In this document: positions 1 through 9,755 of the stretch, piece after piece
Numbering within the stretch: the first letter of the stretch is position 1
Layout: each line of letters starts with the position of its first letter
Source: Patescibacteria group bacterium
GTDB lineage: Bacteria > Patescibacteriota > Microgenomatia > Daviesbacterales > UBA10151
Assembly (NCBI GenBank): GCA_023379125.1
Contig: JAMCSY010000011.1
Location: forward strand, 5,333 to 69,332
Direction of reading: 5' to 3'
Length of the DNA stretch: 64,000 nt
The notes under the pieces: model-generated
Databases searched by the model: none
Seen by the model: the letters and a program-made list of their open reading frames with translations, nothing else
Told to the model about the DNA's origin: nothing
Made by a program: the position numbers and the translations under genes

Positions 1-324
1 GCTCGAGTTTTGAGTCTCCACCACCAAGCATTGGGGTGACATTGGTATAGCGCGTGTAGCTGATTAGCAGATTTTTGAACTTCTTTTATCAGCTTTTGGT
101 ACTCAGCTGGCTGTCTGGCAGCCAGCTCCTCTACAAAACTATCTGAAATTGCACACGTTTTGGGAGTATCTACTCTGACATATAAACCTGGACTTACTTC
201 TCTAATCAACATATCCGATAACTTTAAATCTCACACGAACACTGATGTCTGATAAGTTTATCACTCCTTTTGCTTTTCAACAATCTGGCTTTAGCAAAAA
301 TCTCATGTTAGAATTGACCATGGG

Positions 325-1389
325 ATGCAAAGCTTCTTGCTTACAGAAATGGAAAATAAATTAAACGAGCTAAAGGCAGACCATTTGCAACAAATTAAAA
401 GAGCCCAAACTCTTCAGGAGTTGGATGATATTTTTCTAAAGTTATTTGGCAAAAATGGCCAGATTACTCTAGTCCCTAAGGACTTTCCTAGTTTACCTAA
501 AGAGGAGTTGAAAACTATCGCTCCTTTATTTAACCAAGTCAAAAATAACTTAGAACAAGCAATCAAGGAACAGCGATCAGCAGTAAGAGAAAAAAGTTAT
601 CAAAAATTAAACGAGGAAGCTTTGGACATTCAACCAGTAGCCTTGCAGCAAAGGTCGGGTTTTATACACCCAGTGATCAAAATAGAAAATGAGATCATTG
701 AGTTGTTTGAAAAACTTGGCTTTTTTAGATTTGAAGCTCCGCAAATTGATTCAGATCAGTATAACTTTGAGTTGCTAAATATACCTGCGGGCCACCCAGC
801 TCGGGATTTATGGGATACTTTATATATTGACTCACAAAAATACGGCATCAATCCTGGACAACTGCTTTTAAGAACACACACCTCTAATGCCCAAGTCAGA
901 GTGATGGAAAAAGTTAAACCTCCTTTTCGAGCCATGATTATCGATCGTTGTTTTCGCTACGAAAATATTGATCCGCGGCATGAACACACTTTGGAGCAAT
1001 TTGAAGTGGTCTTAGTGGAAAAGGGCTTAAGTATGGCTAACTTACAATATCTATCCGAATACTTCCTAAAGAATATTTTTGGCCAAGATATTAAAGTCAG
1101 GATGAGACCTAAATATTACCCCTTTGTGGAGCCAGGAGTAGGTGTAGATGGGGAGTGTATTTTTTGCTATGGAAAAGGCTGTAAAATTTGTGGCGAAGGT
1201 TGGTTAGAACTAGCCGGTGCTGGCATGATCCATCCAAAAGTTCTAAAAAATGGTGGCATTAATCCTCAAGAGTTTTCTGGTATTGCCTGGGGTTTTGGTC
1301 CAGAAAGAATGGCTATGCTCAAATATGGTCTTGCTGATATTAGGATATTTAATAGTGGCAATTTAACTGAATTGGAGAAAATTAAATAA
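325..1389 (+). CDS. pheS: Phenylalanyl-tRNA synthetase alpha subunit
   Basis: 354 aa; class II aaRS motifs (FRFEAPQIDSDQYNFELLNIPAGHPARD, GFGPERMAML); stop overlaps pheT start (TAATG). Confidence 0.9.
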   Translation: MQSFLLTEMENKLNELKADHLQQIKRAQTLQELDDIFLKLFGKNGQITLVPKDFPSLPKEELKTIAPLFNQVKNNLEQAIKEQRSAVREKSYQKLNEEALDIQPVALQQRSGFIHPVIKIENEIIELFEKLGFFRFEAPQIDSDQYNFELLNIPAGHPARDLWDTLYIDSQKYGINPGQLLLRTHTSNAQVRVMEKVKPPFRAMIIDRCFRYENIDPRHEHTLEQFEVVLVEKGLSMANLQYLSEYFLKNIFGQDIKVRMRPKYYPFVEPGVGVDGECIFCYGKGCKICGEGWLELAGAGMIHPKVLKNGGINPQEFSGIAWGFGPERMAMLKYGLADIRIFNSGNLTELEKIK

Positions 1390-3074
1390 TGAAAGTTTCT
1401 ATTAGCTGGTTAAAGGAATTGGTCAAACTTGATAACTCTATCCAGCAAGTTGAGCACCTACTACCCTTAAGAACTATTGGAACCAAAGAAATCGACGAGA
1501 ATTTTTTTGAGCTGGATATGAAAGGCTATAACCGCAGTGATCTACTGTCCATGCGTGGAGTTGCTTATGAAATCGCCGCTATCACCGATGCCACAGTTAC
1601 CTTTAGCGAGACTTTGGACCAAGATTTTATCTGGTCAAACAAAAATTTACCACAAGTTAATGTTGAGGTTTTAGACCCTGACTTAGTCCCTGTCTACGCC
1701 ATTGCCAAGATTGAGGGTCTTGAGGTACAAAACACTCCATCCAATTCAGACTCCGCTAAACAACTTACAGATTGTGGAATGAGGGCAATTAATAATGTGG
1801 TAGATGTGACAAATCTAGTGATGCTGGAATATGGCCAACCTTTACATGCTTTTGATGCTAAGTCAGTCCAGGATGAAAAAATTATTGTCCGTCTAGCCCA
1901 TCCTCAAGAAAAATTGACTACCCTTGATCATAAAGAAAGAGTCCTGGAAAAAACTGATCTTTTGATTTGTGACCCAGCTAAAGCTTTGGGAGTAGCAGGA
2001 GTGATGGGGGGAGCAAATAGTGAGATTTCAGATTCACCATGCACAATTTTGCTTGAGGCAGCCATTTTTGATCCAGTGAAGATTAGGCAAACCTCGCAAA
2101 GACTTGGCCTACCATCTGAAGCCAGCAAAAGATTTCAGCATGGTTTAACTAAAACCAGATTACTTCAAGCTTTAGATGAAGCTATTAGGCAATATCAGGA
2201 TCTAGGTGGTAGACTGACTGCTTTAGCCATTGTTTCTAATTATGAGGACCAGGTTAAACAAGTACATTTGTCCCAGGCAAAAACTAACTCTCTAATTGGA
2301 GTAGTCATAACCAGTCAGCAGATCGAAGATTATTTAGCAAAATTACATTTTAAACTAAAAGTAACTTCAGCAGGTAATTGGGAAGTTAATGTACCTTATT
2401 GGAGATTAGATATCGAGATCGAGGAGGATTTAGTTGAGGAGGTAGCCAGAATGTATGGGTATGAAAATATTCCAGCTCAGCATCTACCTAATTTAAAACT
2501 TAACACTTTAGATCAGACTGATTTAAGAAAAATTGATCAGCTAAAACAAGAGACTGTGACACAGGGTTTAACAGAAATTATGACTTATTCATATTTTACC
2601 AGTGAGGTAATTAATAATCTCCACATTAATCAAGACAGTTTGGTCAAAATTGCTAACCCCATGTCTGCCCAAACAGAATATTTAAGAACAAGACTTTGGC
2701 CAAATTTATTGGAAAAAGCTGCAGAAAATTTAAAAGAAAGAGACAGTTTAGCCATTTTTGAAATTGGTAAAACATACCATCCACAAAACCAGGGTGTACC
2801 CAAAGAGAAAAAAACTTTAGGGATTTTACTGGTTAACCAAACAAATAACCCCTTGGCTGAACTAATCACCATTATCAAACAAATTCCCAGCTTAGTTGAT
2901 CTTACGGTTGAGCAGATTAGTGCAGATAAGAATTTTCATCCCCAGCGCTACTTACAAATTAAAAATAATAGGGGAGAGGTGATTGGTCTGGCTGGAGAAA
3001 TTCATCCCAGAGTAGTTAATCAGTTTGGAGCTGAAAAACGAATTGCAATTATGGAAATTTCTTTAGATGATTAA
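1389..3074 (+). CDS. pheT: Phenylalanyl-tRNA synthetase beta subunit (short form, 561 aa)
   Basis: Bacterial-type N-terminus MKVSISWLKELV; B3/4 and B5-like regions; immediately downstream of and translationally coupled to pheS; about 240 aa shorter than typical bacterial PheT. Confidence 0.8.
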   Translation: MKVSISWLKELVKLDNSIQQVEHLLPLRTIGTKEIDENFFELDMKGYNRSDLLSMRGVAYEIAAITDATVTFSETLDQDFIWSNKNLPQVNVEVLDPDLVPVYAIAKIEGLEVQNTPSNSDSAKQLTDCGMRAINNVVDVTNLVMLEYGQPLHAFDAKSVQDEKIIVRLAHPQEKLTTLDHKERVLEKTDLLICDPAKALGVAGVMGGANSEISDSPCTILLEAAIFDPVKIRQTSQRLGLPSEASKRFQHGLTKTRLLQALDEAIRQYQDLGGRLTALAIVSNYEDQVKQVHLSQAKTNSLIGVVITSQQIEDYLAKLHFKLKVTSAGNWEVNVPYWRLDIEIEEDLVEEVARMYGYENIPAQHLPNLKLNTLDQTDLRKIDQLKQETVTQGLTEIMTYSYFTSEVINNLHINQDSLVKIANPMSAQTEYLRTRLWPNLLEKAAENLKERDSLAIFEIGKTYHPQNQGVPKEKKTLGILLVNQTNNPLAELITIIKQIPSLVDLTVEQISADKNFHPQRYLQIKNNRGEVIGLAGEIHPRVVNQFGAEKRIAIMEISLDD

Positions 3075-3514
3075 CTAGCCTTTCGAACTGGATCAGAGCT
3101 ACTAGAGCCTTGAGAATCTTCCTGAAAAGCTTTGCCTGATAAAACCGGGTCCAGAATATCATCAAGCTTTCTTCGGTCAGTTACTTCTCTAAATCCATGA
3201 CGTCCAACTCTGACAGTTTTTTTACTAGTCTCTTGTGTAATTTCATCATAAATCTCTTTATGGTCAGACTCTAGTCGATCGTAGAATCCACTAAGTGCTT
3301 CTTTGTATTCCGCTTCAGTTCTCAATTTACCTGTTACATACCTGGCTGCAATATTCTGTAGTTGTAAGAATGCTACTTGTCTTGCAGTTAGCTCTCCGCT
3401 TTCTATTTTCTGCAAGTTACTATTAATGAATCTGCGAGCCAATACTACTCTTTCATCGTCGGACCCAGTAATTATTGTAGAATCCATGGGGTGTGACTTT
3501 GCTTCTGGGCTCAT
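3071..3514 (-). CDS. Hypothetical protein (147 aa, charged, no recognisable motif)
   Basis: ORF only; overlaps pheT stop by 4 nt; family-1 repeat lies directly upstream of it. Confidence 0.4.
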   Translation of the reverse strand: MSPEAKSHPMDSTIITGSDDERVVLARRFINSNLQKIESGELTARQVAFLQLQNIAARYVTGKLRTEAEYKEALSGFYDRLESDHKEIYDEITQETSKKTVRVGRHGFREVTDRRKLDDILDPVLSGKAFQEDSQGSSSSDPVRKAS

Positions 3515-3597
3515 AGTTTGGATAATTATACTACCTTAAATTTAGTTGTCAATTAAAATTTTGTAAGAAACTATCAACAGTCCAGATAACGATTTTT

Positions 3598-3746
3598 ATA
3601 AGCTTGCGCAGACTAAAAACCTGCGGTTTTCTCAGCTTATTCAAGCTTTCAACCGCTTCATCACTAATTCAGCAAAAAGCTTGAAACCTTGCTTCGTCTA
3701 CATCACCTGCACTAAAAAGTGTGGGGTTTTAACGAAGCGGTTATAA
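3598..3746. repeat. Structured intergenic repeat, family 1, copy 1 (begins ..TTTATAAGCTT, ends ..ACGAAGCGGTTATAA)
   Basis: About 75-80% identical to copies at 11578-11721 and 47087-47244. Contains the hairpin CGCAG-N9-CTGCG and an outer stem CTTCGT..ACGAAG. Its 3' end overlaps the PBP stop codon. Confidence 0.7.
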
Positions 3747-6338
3747 AGCCACTGTTACTCCAATCGAGGTTGTAAATGTTGCTCCAACATTATCTTCTAG
3801 AGTTGCTGAAATGGTGTGTGAACTATGGTCTCCCTGAGGAAATTCAATATGCAAAGCATAAGGTTCAGCTGTTTGCGTTGATTTTTGAGCTCCGTCAACT
3901 GTCCAAGTTACTTTTTTCACCCCGTTGGGAGAATTGACTGAGGCCAGCACGTCAAAAACCCTGGGGACATTGGCACCATTACCTACATTCACAATCTGAA
4001 TTGCTCCACCACTACCAGCGGAAAAACCTGGAATATTTGAACAACCCATTCCCATACCTACAAACAGCGGATTTGCTGCTGTTAACACCCATTGATCGAT
4101 TCCTGCTTGCCAAGTGTTAGCTCCAGTTGGATCGTTCTCTTGGAGCACAATCACATCCTTTTGATCTCCAGGTTCACCATCTCCAGCTAGACGATGAGGA
4201 TTATTTTGGCAAACTTTTTTGTTTTGATAGGCAGGAGACTGAGCAGTTGGTTCGGTACCTTTAATAAAATATTCCTTGCGAGTAGGTGATCCATCATGCG
4301 GTAATCCTCCCATTAATCCGTCAATATCCATTGATACCACATCATCAGGTTGGTTAAACTGCTCGTCTGGTTTACCATCCAGCACAGCTGTCATAATATC
4401 ATGCCAGATTGGAGATGCCCCAGTGATACCGGAAGAAATCTGCTGATTCATTGGCTCATTATCATTATTACCCACCCAAACTCCAACTACATAAGAGGGA
4501 GTATAACCAAAGGCCCAATTGTCTTTTTTCTCATCAGTAGTCCCAGTCTTGGCAGCCACGGTGTGATTTTTAATTACCAACACTGAATTAGGACCAAACT
4601 CAGCTGTTCTGGCACCATTATCAGACAATATATTAGAAATAATATAGGTAATACCAGAATCCAAAATTTTCTGTCCCAGGGAGGGTTTATATTCATAAAG
4701 CACTTTGCCACTAGCATCAGTTACCTTCAAAATGGAGATAGGATCTTGCTTGACACCTTGGTCGGCCAATACTTGATAAACAGAGACCAAATCCAATAGC
4801 TTGACCTCTCTACCTCCCAGTGTCAAAGACAAACCCACTTGATTGACAGTTTGATCAGTCGGCTCCCAGGTTGACAAACCCATTCGATAACCTAAGTCCA
4901 GATCATCTTTGATTCCCACCATCGCTAACATCTTGACTGCAGGGATATTAAAGGAGTTAGCTAGAGCATAACGCACTTGGACTGGACCATGGAATTGCCC
5001 ATCATAATTAACCGGTACATAAGCGGGATTACCTGCCCCCCCAGGAAATTCAGTTTTGACATCCATTAGAACTGTGGCGGCAGTATAACCTTTTTCTAAA
5101 GCTAGAGAGTAGGTGATTGGTTTGGTTGCCGAACCAGGTTGCCTTTCGTTAATGGCCACATTAACATTAGGTTCAAAAGTACAAGAAACTCCTTCTGTAC
5201 AACCAGCTGGCTCTGATTGACCAAAATAGTCTTTTGAACCAACCATGGATAAAATTTCTCCAGTTTTTGCATCAAGTACCACAGCAGCACCATTACCAAC
5301 ATCATATTTAGTCAAGCCATCAATTTGATCTTTGACTATTTGCTCAGCCTTTTGCTGAATTCCATAATCAAGGGTAGTAGTCACCTTTAAGCCACCTTGT
5401 TCCACCATCTTGTCCCCAAACTGCTCAATTAGTTTCTGCTTAACATACAGCACAAAATGAGGAGCTTTAAAGCCTAGCTCGTTTTGTGAAGTACGATATG
5501 TTAGTTGTTCATTATAAGCATCATCTGCTTGCTTTTGTGTGATATAGCCATTGGCTACCATTGCACTTAGCACCTCTTTTTGCCTCACCTTGGCCAGCTC
5601 TGGATGTGTTCCATATGGAGAATAAACAGACGGCAACTGAGGTAGACCAGCTAGTAAAGAAGATTGAGCTAAATCTAAATCTTTGGCATGAATACCAAAA
5701 TAGAGATTAGCTGCTGCTTCAATACCATAGGCTGTTCCACCATAAGGAATCTCGTTAAGGTACATTTCCAAAATTTGATCTTTACTGTAAACTCGTTCTA
5801 CTTGGATAGCTAAGATAAACTCTTTAATCTTGCGCACTAAAGTCTGTTCATTACCCAGTAAGGCATTTTTGACAAGTTGTTGAGTCAGTGTGGAGCCACC
5901 ACCTTCAACTTGACGATGTAACACTAAATCAAATAAAGCACGAGCTATGCCGGTAATTGAAAATCCACCATGCTGGTAAAAGTTTTTGTCCTCGATGGCA
6001 ATTGTTGCCTGTTTAATGCTATCTGGCATATCAGCTAACTTAACTGGAGTTCGATTCTGATTTTGGAAAATATCGTACAGCAGCTCACCATTACGATCGT
6101 AGATTTTTGTGGACTGTGCTACATTGCGATTACTTAATTGATCAGGGGAGGGAACTTGAGTAGCAAAATAAACTATCCCCGCAATAGTTATCAGAATAAT
6201 GCCTAAAATTAATACCAAGATTACTGTGGAAAGTTTGGACAAAATTTTAGCTTTATCCAAAGAGTGATCAGATATCCGTCTGAGTCTGCGAAAAGGCATA
6301 TCACCACTTAGTATAGCAGCAAGAAGGTTCAGCCTCAA
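3741..6338 (-). CDS. Class A penicillin-binding protein (bifunctional transglycosylase/transpeptidase) with C-terminal extension
   Basis: 865 aa; N-terminal TM; GT51 motifs EDKNFYQHGG, GGSTLTQQLVKN, RKIKE; transpeptidase SxxK (SATK), SxN (SFN), KTG (KTGTT); about 230 aa of extra Gly/Asn-rich C-terminal sequence after KTG. Confidence 0.9.
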   Translation of the reverse strand: MRLNLLAAILSGDMPFRRLRRISDHSLDKAKILSKLSTVILVLILGIILITIAGIVYFATQVPSPDQLSNRNVAQSTKIYDRNGELLYDIFQNQNRTPVKLADMPDSIKQATIAIEDKNFYQHGGFSITGIARALFDLVLHRQVEGGGSTLTQQLVKNALLGNEQTLVRKIKEFILAIQVERVYSKDQILEMYLNEIPYGGTAYGIEAAANLYFGIHAKDLDLAQSSLLAGLPQLPSVYSPYGTHPELAKVRQKEVLSAMVANGYITQKQADDAYNEQLTYRTSQNELGFKAPHFVLYVKQKLIEQFGDKMVEQGGLKVTTTLDYGIQQKAEQIVKDQIDGLTKYDVGNGAAVVLDAKTGEILSMVGSKDYFGQSEPAGCTEGVSCTFEPNVNVAINERQPGSATKPITYSLALEKGYTAATVLMDVKTEFPGGAGNPAYVPVNYDGQFHGPVQVRYALANSFNIPAVKMLAMVGIKDDLDLGYRMGLSTWEPTDQTVNQVGLSLTLGGREVKLLDLVSVYQVLADQGVKQDPISILKVTDASGKVLYEYKPSLGQKILDSGITYIISNILSDNGARTAEFGPNSVLVIKNHTVAAKTGTTDEKKDNWAFGYTPSYVVGVWVGNNDNEPMNQQISSGITGASPIWHDIMTAVLDGKPDEQFNQPDDVVSMDIDGLMGGLPHDGSPTRKEYFIKGTEPTAQSPAYQNKKVCQNNPHRLAGDGEPGDQKDVIVLQENDPTGANTWQAGIDQWVLTAANPLFVGMGMGCSNIPGFSAGSGGAIQIVNVGNGANVPRVFDVLASVNSPNGVKKVTWTVDGAQKSTQTAEPYALHIEFPQGDHSSHTISATLEDNVGATFTTSIGVTVAL

Positions 6339-6393
6339 GTAAAACTATGATCTAGCTATAAATAGAAAAACTATCTTTGCCCAATAGAGTGAC

Positions 6394-7068
6394 TCAAGGT
6401 CGTTGAAAGATCGCTACAAACATTGGAATCTTTCTGATTGCTCCTTCAATGACATCAGAGCCCGCTTGCTCTTGTAGACTAATTAATTTGAATCGTTTAT
6501 ATACAGTTAACAACTCATCTTTGGAATATTGTTTTTCAAACTCACCGGTTCGTGGGAAAATACAGCTGTTTGGTTCAGGCCCAGGACTAGTTCTGACAAG
6601 ATCTGTCGTCCCAACTCCATAAAAAAGATAACAACCACCCGGCAGAAGTTTTGTATAAGATTGTTCAATAACCTGTGATCTACCGGGTTGGGGAATACAA
6701 ATTGTTACATTACTGTCAATGATTGCTTGGAAGCTATGTTCTGCAAAAGGCCATTTGTTAGTTATGTCCAGTTGAACAAAAGTTACCTGAGCATTTGCCA
6801 AAGCAGCTCTTTGTCTGGCTACTGATAAACTACCTTCTTCAATAAAATCCACACCTGTTACTTGAAATCCTAACATAGCCAAACCAATACTATTTCTGCC
6901 TTTACCACAGCCTAAGTCAAGAACATGAGTTTTCTCTGGCATAAATCCCTGAGCAATTAAGAAATTAGCAAACTCTACAACACAATTTGAAGGTGTTTCT
7001 GAATGGATCTTAGTAAAAGTACCTCCAGCAGTATGTTCTTCCTGCCAAACTTCTTTTTGGGGCCTCAT
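6394..7068 (-). CDS. Class I SAM-dependent methyltransferase
   Basis: 224 aa; motif I VLDLGCGKGRNS; Rossmann-fold spacing. Confidence 0.6.
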   Translation of the reverse strand: MRPQKEVWQEEHTAGGTFTKIHSETPSNCVVEFANFLIAQGFMPEKTHVLDLGCGKGRNSIGLAMLGFQVTGVDFIEEGSLSVARQRAALANAQVTFVQLDITNKWPFAEHSFQAIIDSNVTICIPQPGRSQVIEQSYTKLLPGGCYLFYGVGTTDLVRTSPGPEPNSCIFPRTGEFEKQYSKDELLTVYKRFKLISLQEQAGSDVIEGAIRKIPMFVAIFQRP

Positions 7069-7110
7069 GGCAGAAATTATACTACGAGATTAGTTTTGGA
7101 TAATTTATTG

Positions 7111-7183
7111 TCCTGAGGGTAGGAGTTGAACCTACTTAAAACGGTTTTACAGACCGTCGCCTCAGCCGTTCAGCCACCTCAGG
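7111..7183 (-). tRNA. tRNA-Tyr (anticodon GUA), class I with 5-nt variable loop, C1:G72, A73, CCA not encoded
   Basis: Minus-strand sequence CCTGAGG-TG-GCTGAACGGCTGAGGC-G-ACGGT-CTGTAAA-ACCGT-TTTAA-GTAGG-TTCAACT-CCTAC-CCTCAGG-A folds into a cloverleaf by hand. It has a 7-bp acceptor stem, D-loop with GG, anticodon loop with U33-GUA-A37, and T-loop TTCAACT. Confidence 0.65.
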
Positions 7184-7331
7184 TATCTTCACAATTTTAG
7201 GATCTCTGATCGCAAAAGGCAAGCCTAGTGCTAGTCAATAACAATCTCCCATACTTACCAATTTCATACATAGACTCAATTGACTCGCAAGAGGATATCT
7301 CATACTATTTAAGAGGAAGCTAAATCTGCTC

Positions 7332-8423
7332 ATGGACTTCAGAAAAATCTTTAATTCTCCGGTGCAATTAGAAAGTGGTTTTACCCTTGTTGAATTACTC
7401 ACAGTCATTACAATCATTGCTGTTTTAGGAATTGCAGGAGCACTGGTTTATAACTCAACTCAACAGAAGGTTAGAGATGCCAAACGAGCCTCTGAGATCA
7501 AAACAATTGCCTCAGCTGTAGCCACTTCTAAAAATTTCACAACCAATTCTTATCTTTATGCGGCCACTGACGAAAATAAAGATTTCCAAAGTGGAGTACC
7601 TGATGACCCTAATGCCTCTCGACATTACTGTATGTCAGTTAGCACTACCAATTTTGACCCTCCGAGTGTTTGTGGTAGTAACTGGAGTACTGGCTGCCCA
7701 ACCACATCTCAGTGTGGTGGAGCAACTTATGTTGATTTACCAACTGCTCTAAATAGTCTGGCAAAAACTAGCCCAGCAGTTTTATCCTGGACTATTTGTG
7801 CCTCTTTGGAAAATAGTAGTACTCCTTATTGTTTAAGCAACTATACCCTGGGAGGGGATGATCTAAAACCTGTCATTTACCTCTATCCTCCACAAGAAGA
7901 AAATATCACAGTTAAACTAAACTATTTAGGAGCGATCGTCACTAGCACACCGCTTTACGATACTGCTATTCCCGGTTGGTCAGTTAAAGCTACTCCTGAT
8001 GGTAAAATTACTGATCCAGTAACAGGTAAAAGTTATCAGTACATTTATTGGGAAGGCAAGCCTTTAAGCACAAGTTATGATTTGACAACAGGTTTTGTAG
8101 TTCCAGGCAATGAGTCTGCTCAATTTCTAACTGACGAACTACGTAAAATAGGTTTAAATGATGATGAGTCGCAGGAGTTTATGTCTTTTTGGTTACCAAG
8201 GATTCAGGGCAATAAGTATAATCTGATTCATTTTGCTTCAACTGAATATACCAGTCGTGCCCAGTTGAATGTTGAACCACAACCAGAAAGCCTACTCAGA
8301 GTCTTTATGGTTATCAAACCATTAGAACAAACTTCTACCATTACTCCCCAGACATTTACCAAGTTTCAAAGAAAAGGTTTCACCGTGGTAGAATGGGGAG
8401 GCACGATAGTTTCACCATTTTAA
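7332..8423 (+). CDS. Large type IV pilin-like protein (prepilin leader + 330-aa Cys-containing C-terminal domain)
   Basis: 363 aa; MDFRKIFNSPVQLESG|FTLVELLTVITIIAVLGIAGALV class III signal peptide; downstream RDAKRASEIKTI motif typical of T4 pilin N-domain. Confidence 0.65.
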   Translation: MDFRKIFNSPVQLESGFTLVELLTVITIIAVLGIAGALVYNSTQQKVRDAKRASEIKTIASAVATSKNFTTNSYLYAATDENKDFQSGVPDDPNASRHYCMSVSTTNFDPPSVCGSNWSTGCPTTSQCGGATYVDLPTALNSLAKTSPAVLSWTICASLENSSTPYCLSNYTLGGDDLKPVIYLYPPQEENITVKLNYLGAIVTSTPLYDTAIPGWSVKATPDGKITDPVTGKSYQYIYWEGKPLSTSYDLTTGFVVPGNESAQFLTDELRKIGLNDDESQEFMSFWLPRIQGNKYNLIHFASTEYTSRAQLNVEPQPESLLRVFMVIKPLEQTSTITPQTFTKFQRKGFTVVEWGGTIVSPF

Positions 8424-8447
8424 CTGCGGGTGCTATGATATTTTGGC

Positions 8448-9755
8448 ATGACTGACAGCCCGGATACTCAAGAAAACAATTCTCAAAAACGTATTACTAC
8501 AACTCGTCGAAAATTGTTAGTTGCGACAGCAGCTGCTACACCGACTCTTTTGGCTGCTGGTAATTTAGTGAAAGCTTTTGTCCAGGAGGCAAATAAAGCA
8601 AATACTCCGTATAAAGCACCAACAAAAAATCCTCCCACTGCCACGCCAGCTACTCATACTCAATCAGAAAGAGTGATTGCAACAACCCCAACTGTCTCTG
8701 CTAATATTACAGAAAAAGCACCTATGGAGAATCCCTTGCAGCAGGTGCTTAAATTGCCTCTAGAATCTAGTGAGAGACAAAGCGCAGAGGCAGATATTGT
8801 GACCAAGGCGCAAAGCTTGCAGCAAATCGATCAAGCTTTGTGGGTTGTTAATAATATGAATTTAAGAGCTCAATTAATCGAAAAAAGGTATCAACTAAGA
8901 TCACAACGCAAGGATAATCTAAAACCTCTAAATCAAGCAGAAACTAAATGGGCCCTAGACCACGAACTTCACCCAGAAGATATTGCAATTGCCCAAGAAG
9001 CCTACACTAAGGCCAGCACAATTATTGCCAACTTACTGACTGATAAAAGTCACCCTTTTCGGCCTGACATTGATCTACAAATCCAAAGAGGCAGACTACC
9101 TCAATCTTCTCAACAACTCCTCTTAGCCCAACAAATGATGATCAATAGTGGTGGTATGGCTACTTTGTTATCCACAGAAACTGGAGTGGGCAAACAATTC
9201 CAGATTCACAAAGCAGGAGAAAGTAGGATTGTTTCCGTGGCTTTAAGCAATATTGGCCAAACTCCAGCCATCCAGGTAAACAAGCTTTATAGTGAAGAGA
9301 AAAAGCAATCTCAATATCAACAAATGGCTGATATTTTTCAGCACACCACAGGTTTAGTAATTTCATCTGAGCAAATTCCTGGATCTGGAGGTCAAGCTCC
9401 TGGGGACATAAGTGGGGGAGCAGTTTCCGTGCAAATGTTACCAGACTCGATATTGGATATTGAGCAAGATGTTTACCGGGCTACTGGAAAATACTTGAAT
9501 TGGGCAGACCCAGTAGAGAGTGTGGCTCTGGCTTATATTTTCTTAGCCAAGGGCTGGTTGGTTGGACAAGGAGCTCGCTTTGGGTATTGGCGGGGGACAG
9601 TCATAGACCCAAAACAGGGTAACGATGTGGCAGAGGCAATGCGTCAAGATGCTCTAGCTAAGTGGAATCAAGATCAACAGCAACAAAAGAAAATACTCGA
9701 CGCTGCAAATAGCTACTATGCGAAGATTATCGCACTTAATATTTCTAGTTACTGA
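8448..9755 (+). CDS. Hypothetical secreted protein with Tat-like signal (TRRKLLVATAAATPTLLAAG), Gln-rich C-terminus
   Basis: 435 aa ORF; RRxLL twin-arginine-like N-terminus followed by hydrophobic stretch. Confidence 0.45.
   Translation: MTDSPDTQENNSQKRITTTRRKLLVATAAATPTLLAAGNLVKAFVQEANKANTPYKAPTKNPPTATPATHTQSERVIATTPTVSANITEKAPMENPLQQVLKLPLESSERQSAEADIVTKAQSLQQIDQALWVVNNMNLRAQLIEKRYQLRSQRKDNLKPLNQAETKWALDHELHPEDIAIAQEAYTKASTIIANLLTDKSHPFRPDIDLQIQRGRLPQSSQQLLLAQQMMINSGGMATLLSTETGVGKQFQIHKAGESRIVSVALSNIGQTPAIQVNKLYSEEKKQSQYQQMADIFQHTTGLVISSEQIPGSGGQAPGDISGGAVSVQMLPDSILDIEQDVYRATGKYLNWADPVESVALAYIFLAKGWLVGQGARFGYWRGTVIDPKQGNDVAEAMRQDALAKWNQDQQQQKKILDAANSYYAKIIALNISSY

Noticed and set aside
1928-2878. 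Minus-strand ORFs inside pheT (1928-2128, 2630-2878) and similar antisense ORFs inside PBP, ABC, recG, gyrA, gyrB, pilin genes
   Set aside because: They are fully antisense to well-supported conserved genes, low-complexity, and typical of AT-rich shadow ORFs.
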